Below, piece by piece: positions 37,891-64,000 of a DNA stretch of 64,000 nucleotides. Source of the stretch: the human T2T-CHM13v2.0 reference genome, Homo sapiens. Position 1 is the stretch's first letter; the number at the start of each line of letters is the position of its first letter. The notes under the pieces are model-generated. The model was not told where the DNA came from. It searched no databases and worked only from the letters and a program-made list of their open reading frames with translations. Location of the stretch: NCBI RefSeq assembly GCF_009914755.1, contig NC_060926.1; one strand, given 5' to 3'. The position numbers and the translations under genes are program-made.

Positions 37891-38441
37891 TAAAAGTGTT
37901 AAAACCAGTGGAGAAAGGGAGGGAAGAAAGAGAGAGCTATCTGCCTGGGAGAGGAATGAAGTGGGAGTGGGGAAGACAAGGAAGGGTCCTGGAGTCTCAT
38001 GAACTTTATTACTATTTTGGGGACCCAGGGAGGGGTAAAGACTTTAGAGTGGAGGCTGGTGTTTAGGACCTCAAGGTGTTCTGCTTGGGCAAAAATGCCC
38101 ACACCCCATGGAATAGAGTACTATTGCATGGTAGGGGACCACATGGCCTAAGGCCGGGATTTTTGGGCATTACAGGCTAGAAATGTGAGCTCTTCTGGTA
38201 TCCCAGGTACCACATAGGCTGCCCTCAACAGTGATTGATTATTACATTCCTATCACTTTAGTTGAATGGAAGCCCAAATTTGGGAATAAAAGTAATATTT
38301 TCTTATTTTACATATGTGCTAATATTCATACTCAATATATTAGCTTCCTATGAATATCTTTTTGGAAATTTGATTGTAGTAGGCAGAATAATGGCCTCCC
38401 AAAGATGTTCCTAGAATCTGTAGATATGCTGCTTTACATGG

Positions 38442-38949
38442 TGTTATAAATAAAGTTTCGGTGCCACAAAAGAAATAGCACTCGAATATAAAATTTTATT
38501 TTTAATTCTTAGCAAGGCAATGTACTTCTATAGAAGGGTGCACCCTTACAGATGGAGCAATGGTGAGTGCACACTTGGACAAGGGAGGGGAAGGGGTTCT
38601 TATCCCTGACGCATGTGGCCCCTGCTGCTGCGTCATTCCCCTATTCGCCAGGGTTAGACTGCACAGGCTAAACTAATTCCGATTGGCTAATTTAAAGAGA
38701 GTGACAGGTTGAGTGGTTTGGTGGGAAAAATTGTTATGGCAGAGCAGGAAATTGGAATGAGTCAGGGTGGAGAATGAGTCAGGGTGGAGAATGAGTCAGG
38801 GCGGAGCAGGTAATCAGAAGAGTCAGGGTGGAGCAGGTAATCGAAAAAGGTTGCTTCACAAGGAAGTTAAGTTTAAAAGTAGAAGGCAAAGAATTGAACA
38901 TACTGACATATTAATTCTTTGAAGAGAAATTTAGAACTCATATCTAACA
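38442..38949 (-). mobile_element. LTR10 (LTR10F/A-like, HERV-I group) solo LTR
   Basis: Minus strand begins tgttagatatgagttctaaatttctcttcaaag; TG...CA ends; 4-bp TSD atgg at 38438-38441 and 38950-38953; internal AP-1 repeat. Confidence 0.85.
38755..38842. promoter_or_regulatory. Tandem AP-1 (TGAGTCA) array inside LTR10
   Basis: TGAGTCA at 38758, 38775 and 38792 (17-bp period) plus a degenerate fourth unit near 38819. Confidence 0.75.
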
Positions 38950-39004
38950 ATGGTAAAGAGACTTTACAGATGGCATTAAGAACCTTCATGGTCTTAATGG
39001 GGAG

Positions 39005-39270
39005 ATATAGTTCAAAGGGTACAAAGCTACAGTTATGTGGGATGATAAATCTAGAGATCTAATATACAGCATGAAGACTGTAATAAATAATATTGTATAC
39101 TGGAAGGCTGGTAAGCAATAGATTTTAGGTGACCTTACCACAAAAAAAAAGGTAAGTATGTGAGATGACGAATATGTTCATCAGCTTGACTATTGTTATC
39201 ACTTTATTATGTATATGTATATTGAAACATCATGTTGTACATCATAAATACATACAACAAAAATAAATAT
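39005..39270 (+). mobile_element. L1M (MA/MB-like) 3' end
   Basis: caaagggtacaaag...ctagagatctaatatacagcatg...aacatcatgttgtac. Confidence 0.7.
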
Positions 39271-39274
39271 TAAC

Positions 39275-40544
<1,270 letters not shown>

Positions 40545-41854
40545 ATAACAAGGGTTTTTAAAAGCAGATGAATTAAGGAAAAGTGGAGATCGGACAGATG
40601 TGATATATAATAAGAAGGACTCAAGGCTGGCTTTGAAGATAGGGGAAGAGGCCATGAGCTAGGGAGTGTGAGGGCCTGAGAAGCTGGGAAATGAAAGAAG
40701 CTGAGAGCCTCCAGAAAGGAACACAACCCTACCAACATCTTGATTTTAGTCCAGTGAGAATAAAATCAGACTTCTAACCTACATGGCTGTAAAAGAGTAA
40801 ATTTACCCAGGCTTGCGAGGTCTGAGGAAAACAAGAAGAAAAAAAAGTAAATTTGTTCGTTGTTAGCCACTAAGGTTATAGTAATTTGTTACAGCAGCAA
40901 TAGATCATGAGCACATGGTTATGGAGCCAATTCCTTTCTATCTTCTTGTCTCTGCTCACTAGAAATGTCTTTATCCGTAATTTGGTTTTCATTAGAAGGA
41001 TAGTAGCGTATATAAATGGCCACTCCCACTGCAAAATAAGAACACATTCTGGTTTGTAAATCATCCTTGGGAGGTTTTGGTTAACATGATTCAGTCCCTT
41101 AAGTCTGAGCATGGTGTCATTTCTGGAAATTTTAAGATGCCACTCAGGTAATGGGAATGTACCAAATTGAATTTCTGACCCTACCTGGTGGTACATTGAC
41201 CCATCTTGTGAAGATCAGCTAGCTGGTTCGTTCCACCTTCAGCGATGACATTTTCTACTTGCAAATACCAAATGCCAGATGAACACATGTAAAGGATGTT
41301 AACAATACAAGCCAGAAAAATAATAAGGGCCAAAAAAAGTGCAGAGTAAAAGCTATTCAGAAAAATTTGAAGGAGAGCTCTCAAAGTCTTCTGATAGGGA
41401 GGACCTGAGAAGATTGCAAGGGAAGGAGGACTTAAATTAGGCATTTATACGAGTAAAACACCAGAGGCAAATGCAGTTAAGGCAGAAGAGATTAATAAAA
41501 GATTGAAAGGGCAGATTGAAATTATCTTCTGTGGGAATGTGATGGTTGAGGAATTTGGATTGGGCAACCAGGAGCTAACAAAGGTTTTAGGGAAGGATCA
41601 CGATGAAAAGTTTGGGGAGATATTCACCTAGATCTGTGGGTTCTGTGAACTAGGCTAGCACTTAAATACAGTCTGAATTCAAACATGAAATGCAAAAAGA
41701 CAACAGGGATTATCTGGGAGAATGAAGGACATGGTTTTGGTCTTTATTGCTCAAACCATGTCATGGCTAGATGTTCCTCTCAATTTGTGTTGAATAGATA
41801 GGATTTCTGTCACATTAGAGTATGAAGAGCATGAGAGTAAACAGTGCCCTCTGA

Positions 41855-43396
<1,542 letters not shown>

Positions 43397-44210
43397 AAAA
43401 TTTCTATGTATTAAGATAATACATGTACTTAAAAAAAATAGATATGTACTGTCCCACAGATCTGAGGCACCACAGTTTGCTTAGTTATCCCTTATTGTAG
43501 GCCATTTTGTTTGTTGGTTCATTCATTCATTAGTGGTAAAACTACCCAGGCTTTGTGCTCATTCTCAGCATGTGGACATAAGTTATAGCTCTTGCTGTCA
43601 AGGAATATATAGTCTAGGAGAGACAGATGTGGAAAACAAGTATAGTACAGTTATATATAATCAAGATGAACCTCAGTGTTCCAGGAATATCTACCATGCT
43701 CCAGTTCTTCCTGAGAGATTACACATTCCCCACCTCACTGACAATGGCAGTGAGCCCGGGACTAGGTTCCTTTCCCAGGGGGCTGTGAGCATCAAGGCTA
43801 TGGGGAGGAGCACTGGCACTGTTAGGCAGAGGCTGCATTTGACACTTCTGGAGGGTAACCAAGGGTGATGGGTGCCAAATCTCCTACGACCAGGGGTCTC
43901 CTATTGCACTGACACTGCTGCAACTCAGTTTCAGCCGGAATTTGGCTGACTAGTGAATAGGCGCTGAGTTCTGAGATGGAGGTTCTAGTAATCCCCTAGG
44001 CCAGCCTCCAGTCAGCTGTGAAGGTGGTGGGGAGAAAAGGAGGCCAGATCATGCCAGGCCCAAACAGGGCTGTCAAGGGCAACAGGAGATATGGTATGGC
44101 AGGCATGATAGATACCTTCTGGGTATCTGAGTGATGAATAGATGGAGGTGGGAATGAAGGTGGATTTTGGTATTTTCTTAGAATGAAAGACAGCTGAGAA
44201 TCTGCACATA

Positions 44211-44278
44211 TAGGGTTGCCTAAAATACAAGACACTTGGTTATATTTTAATTCTAGGTAAACAACAAATTTTTTCTTA
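44211..44278 (+). mobile_element. MER53-like hAT relic, followed by Alu 44279-44580
   Basis: agggttgcctaaaatacaagacac...gtaaacaacaaattttt. Confidence 0.55.
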
Positions 44279-44592
<314 letters not shown>

Positions 44593-44896
44593 TTAATGGC
44601 ATTGTATGGTACCCATTGTTTTTTCATTTTACAATATATCCTGAATATTTTCTGGGTTACTCACCAGTCTACTCATATCTTAATGGCTACATGTTACATT
44701 GATGCACTGAAATAAAAAAAATCTCCCTTATAGAATAGTTGTTTCTTCTTCGTGGAGTTTTAAGATACAAATTAATCACACAATACTTAGAGGTGATCTA
44801 TATTTACTAAAATCCCATTTAAAAAATTTCAAAAGCAGTATTTTGAAAAATAGGATAAAATAATCTTATTGCCCTAACACAATTCTCTGGCAATGT

Positions 44897-44898
<2 letters not shown>

Positions 44899-44964
<66 letters not shown>
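44899..44964. repeat. (CT)16(GT)17 compound microsatellite
   Basis: Read directly. Confidence 0.95.
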
Positions 44965-44966
<2 letters not shown>

Positions 44967-45655
44967 TTAGGTTAGCTCTAGTTGCTAATGCAGTTGAATT
45001 ATGTTACCTGGATACCTCTTGGAGAACCTGAGGTCATTTTGGCCTGATGCATTAATATTTAACAAGCCTGTGATTGATGGATTGATGCTAGCAAAATTAA
45101 TTCAATCCACCTAGGTTTCTATCTGTTGGTAAAACAACAAGGCCATCCAGGGGTTAGAAAGCAAAGACTTCTGGGAGGAAACGATTGAAAGTGGTTGTGA
45201 CCTCTAGAATCTGGAATTGGGTACCAGCTCCTCCATTGACCTTCTTTCACCTTTGTTCTCAGAAAAATGTCTCTTGATTGGCTGCTGATGGGTTGGGTTG
45301 CCTCCATCCCTTATCTTTAACTAAAGTCTTGAACTCTCAGTAAATTAATAGACTGGCAGAGAAAACCCCTTTTTAGTTAAGAAGTACTGTAGTGTGAAAA
45401 CTCTGGTCTTAGATATGGTGTTTAGTATGCATTGCAGATAATTAGTGTATCAGATATATGGATTGACTGAATATTCTGCTGAATTGACTAAATTGGTCTG
45501 TGTCATTCCCCAGTGACGTGGGGCCACCGTTCCTCTCTCACCTCTTTGCCTTTGGGTTCTGTTAAAGGAGGGTATTCTGGCATCATTCCCCATGCCACAG
45601 ATGGGTGGGTTTGCAATCCATGGATCTCTTTTTGACGTAAAAAACATCAGCTCTG

Positions 45656-45666
45656 GTGCTTGCTTT

Positions 45667-45698
<32 letters not shown>

Positions 45699-45762
45699 AA
45701 GAAGATTAGCATGGCCCCTGCACAAGGATGACATGCAAATTCATGAAGCATTCCATATTTTT
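45656..45762 (+). pseudogene. RNU6: Full-length U6 snRNA pseudogene
   Basis: 107 nt from gtgcttgctttggcagcac to ccatattttt; 7 substitutions versus recalled U6 (6 CpG transitions, plus ACAGAGA to ACAAAGA); no PSE/TATA seen upstream. Confidence 0.95.
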
Positions 45763-45778
45763 CCAATTAAAAACAACC

Positions 45779-50900
<5,122 letters not shown>

Positions 50901-51179
50901 AACAATATACACATTCAAATATGCAACATATTAAATTCATACTGGAGACTACTAACATATTGACTTGTGCACTTGTCATATGTACCACAAGTATAAATGC
51001 TTTCCATTGAAACTTATAAAATAAATAATGCTTTTATCTGTTTTTGTTATTGGTGTGTGCTGTTCATTTTCCATATCTGCTTTTATCATTTTCTATGTAT
51101 ATTTCTATATCCATATATGCATATACATGGACATATGTATCTAATTACATATATTAATTATGTACATATATTTTCCACT

Positions 51180-52430
<1,251 letters not shown>

Positions 52431-52526
52431 GAGGTTAGATTTTCTTTGAAAATGTTCTTGCTCGGCTGGGCACAGTGGCTCATGCCTGTAATCCCAGCAC
52501 TTTGGGAGGCTGAGGCGGGCGGATCA

Positions 52527-52787
<261 letters not shown>

Positions 52788-53001
52788 TCAGAAACAACTA
52801 CCATGGACAATTGCCTCAATCCTTCACTTTTACTTTGTGTGTACATTCATTTATTCTTTCTTGCATGCTGTATATTGGGCTCCTACCAGGTAGCAAGTGT
52901 TAGGTGCTAAGGATACAAAGTGGAACATTGCAGTAACAACAGTGATCAACATTTACTGAGTGCTTACTGTTTATGTTTTAAGTACTTTTACGTTATCATC
53001 T

Positions 53002-53790
<789 letters not shown>

Positions 53791-53879
53791 ATCTCATATA
53801 ATTCTTACAACCACCCTAATTTTGCAACAATCCCCATTTTGCAGTTGAGGAAACGGAGAAACAGATGGTTACAAATTTT

Positions 53880-54097
53880 TTTATGACCTTTTATTTTTTA
53901 TTTTAAGTTCCGGGATACATGTGCAGAACATGCAGGCTTGTTACATAGGTATACATGTGCCATGCTGGTTTGCTGCATCTATCAACCTGTCATCTAGGTT
54001 TTAAACCCTGCATGCATTAGGTATGTGTCCTAATGCTCTCCCTCCCCTTTCCCCACATCCCCCCGACAGGCCCTGGTGTGTGATGTTCCCCTCCCTA
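53880..54097 (-). mobile_element. Short 5'-truncated L1PA 3' end inside a MIR
   Basis: ttttaagttccgggatacatgtgcagaac...gatgttcccctccct; TSD atggttacaaa on both sides. Confidence 0.85.
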
Positions 54098-54150
54098 TAA
54101 TGGTTACAAAATTTATCCAATATCTCATAGCTAGCAAGTGATGAAATTGA

Positions 54151-57890
<3,740 letters not shown>

Positions 57891-57899
57891 ACAAACACT

Positions 57900-58280
57900 T
57901 CAACCAATCCAAATCCCCAACCACCTTCTTTCTCTAACTCTCGGACACCAGGCAAATATTTTCCACTCCCTAAACCAGCCCAGGGCCAGGTTCTAGACAA
58001 CTAGAGACCACCCCTGTAGCTCAGAGCTCATTGACATTATTCAAACTAAACAATGCTAAGCTGTTTAGTCTTCCCTGCCTTGCCTTGCCTTGGAAAACAT
58101 GATAAAGGCTCTCCCCTCCTTTCTGTTTCTCTCTCCCGACAAAACCTAGTGCTTCCCCATGTGGCTCTGCATGGTGGCATGTCCCCTTCTCTCAGGAACT
58201 GTTAGTAATAAATTCTTCTTTCAGTGGCATTAGCCTGTCCCCCATGTTGTCACCAGTCACCTTTATAAATTAAGACATGA
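57900..58280 (+). mobile_element. ERV LTR fragment (MER39/MER21-like)
   Basis: agacaactagagaccaccc...attattcaaacta...aataaattcttctttca. Confidence 0.45.
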
Positions 58281-58388
58281 GGGCCAAGTGCAGTGCCTCA
58301 CACTTGTAGTCTCAGCACTTTGGGAAGCTGAAGGGAGGATCACTTGATGCCTGAATTCAAGACCAGCCTGGGCAACATAGCAAGACCC

Positions 58389-58391
<3 letters not shown>

Positions 58392-58441
<50 letters not shown>
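58392..58441. repeat. (AC)25 microsatellite within Alu-derived sequence 58282-58620
   Basis: Read directly. Confidence 0.95.
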
Positions 58442-58445
<4 letters not shown>

Positions 58446-60474
58446 TAAAGATCTGGGTCGGGCATGGTGGCATGCATCTTGTAATCCCAGCTACTTGGGA
58501 GGTTGAGGCAAGAGGATTGCATGAGCCCAGGAGTTCAAGGCTGTAGTGTGCTATGATTGCTTCTGTGAATAGTGACTGCACTCTAGCCTGGACAACATAC
58601 TGAGACCCTGTCTCTAAAAATTAATTCAGGTCTAGGCACAAATCAAACACCCAGCCTACCGTGACATCACTTAGTTGCTCATTACTTCTGCTTATTTTTC
58701 TCAAAGCATGTCTCTCAGTGTGACATTTCCGTATCTATTTATTTACTTGTTTATTATCTGTGTCCCTAAAATTTAATATAGGTGACAGGAAAGCAAGAAC
58801 CTCCTTTTATCTATCTTGATCACTATTTTTTTTTTTTAATTTGAGAGAGGGTCTTGCTTTGTTGCCCAGGCTGGAGTACAGTGGCGTGATTATGACACAC
58901 TGCAGCCTCGACCTCACAGGCTCAAGCATATCTCAATCACTCTTGTATCCCCAGTATTTGGCTGACAATAGGCACTCAATATTTATTAAATGATTGAAAA
59001 AATACATAGAAAAAGTACAGTAAGGGAAGTGTTAGATACTACAGGCAGAACAGTGGTGACAGATTATAAAATAGAACATTTTTTAAAAAGACTTTACAAT
59101 TACAAAATGGCTGTTATATAAATAACATTCCCCAAAAAGCTTGGACTATTATTTTTCCATATTCATGTCTTTTCATTTTTAAATAGTTCTATGGGGTGGA
59201 GGTGGGGGGGGCGGTAAACACAATGATATTTACTTTGGAAACACAGACATGAAAATTACTTTTATTGTACATGCTGAGAGTAGAAATATGACCCCTGTGC
59301 AATGCAAGATTTTCCCTAAAGCTGAAAATGGACAAGACATTGGCATTCCCATCTATTATAACTGGACCAGAACTTCAATCACCAGCTGAAAAAATAAACA
59401 CAGGGTCAGCAGGCATTTGCCCTGCACCCGGAGTGCATTCCAAAGTGAGAACCATGTGCAAATGACCTAAAGATCTAATGCCTCCTGATTTCAAATTAAT
59501 AGTTATGCAATAACGTAGGGTAGAGGGGGCCATGGCAGTGTGTCCTTGAAATTGATGCCCATGTGAGAGAAGGCTCAGGAGATAGGGGAATCACATTTTG
59601 GCCAAAAGAAAACTATATAAAATTTCCTACTTCTTCATTTCCAATGATCAAACCATTCGGGCCACTAGAAGACAGATGGTTTTGCTGTAGGTGGGATGAA
59701 ACAGCAGGTCCCAGGGTTTGCAACAGTTGCCTGCCTTTGACAAGAAGCATAACGGGGCAGGTGCTGTGGTTTGCGCCTGTAATCCCAGTGCTTTGGGAGC
59801 CCAAGACAGGCAGATCAGTTGAGTCCAGGCGTTCAAGAGCAGCCTGGGCAACATGGTGAAACCCCATCTCTATAAAAATACAAAAATTAGCCAGGCGTGG
59901 TGCTGTGTGCCTGTAATCCCAGTTACTTTGGGGGCTGAAGCATGAGAATTGCTTGAACCTGGGAGGTGGGGGTTGCAGTGAGCCTAGATTGCACCACTTC
60001 ACTCCAGCTTGGGCGACAGAGCAAGACCTTGTCTCAAAAAATAAATAGATAAAATAAAATAAAATAAAATGAAGCATAACAGGATATGTGGAGGGCCAGT
60101 CTCAATGTCTCCTGGATTGTTATTCAAGGTGAAGCGAGAGTTGTCCTGATTGGGTGTGCTGTGTAAGGAAGCCTGACATAAAGCAAACCTGGGAAGGACC
60201 AGAGACCTCTGTATTGACCTCTACAGTGCATACAAAAGACAGAAAGCCAGTTATGTACTCTGCTTGGTTTAGGGATTATACAGAGGTGTAAGCCATATCT
60301 TCATAATTTTCCCAACCCCACCTGTCTCAGATGATCTTGTTTTTTTCCTTCTTTATCTTAAATTTGATTTGATGGTAGAATACCACAGAGATGGTTGTTA
60401 CCTCAAGTATACAGTAGTAGCATACTTTTATCTGCCATATCACCTTTTTTTGGTTATTTCAATGTGTCATGATT

Positions 60475-64000
<3,526 letters not shown>

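Noticed and set aside
41181-41444. 87-aa non-repeat minus ORF with a hydrophobic stretch and a cag/gtaggg donor-like site
   Set aside because: No recognisable homology; the hydrophobicity reflects T-rich sequence; length is within chance
45656-45762. Functional U6 gene
   Set aside because: CpG decay, mutated ACAGAGA box and no type-3 Pol III promoter visible upstream

Overview
Primate (most likely hominoid/human) genomic DNA, intronic or intergenic, and extremely Alu-rich: by eye about half the window, many copies nested or inverted. I can support no protein-coding exon, CpG island or prokaryotic feature. Nearly all ORFs in the track are Alu or L1 translation artefacts. Non-Alu content I recognise: an old, 5'-truncated PSMD12 (Rpn5) processed pseudogene with a perfect 23-bp x3 repeat (~15.8-16.5 kb); an RPS29 retrocopy with an unbroken 56-codon frame (29.4-29.75 kb, minus); a full-length U6 pseudogene (45.66 kb); a MER9 solo LTR; an LTR10 solo LTR with three AP-1 sites; an Alu + L1PA + half-Alu composite bounded by one 17-bp TSD; several tiny TSD-flanked inserts; and MIR, L2, L1M, MLT1 and DNA-transposon relics. 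I found no convincing new biological system. The best leads are the PSMD12 retrocopy (possibly unannotated), the LTR10 AP-1 array beside a promoter-like motif cluster, and the unusual retrotransposition products. Repeat family names come from recalled consensus sequences and need RepeatMasker/Dfam confirmation.
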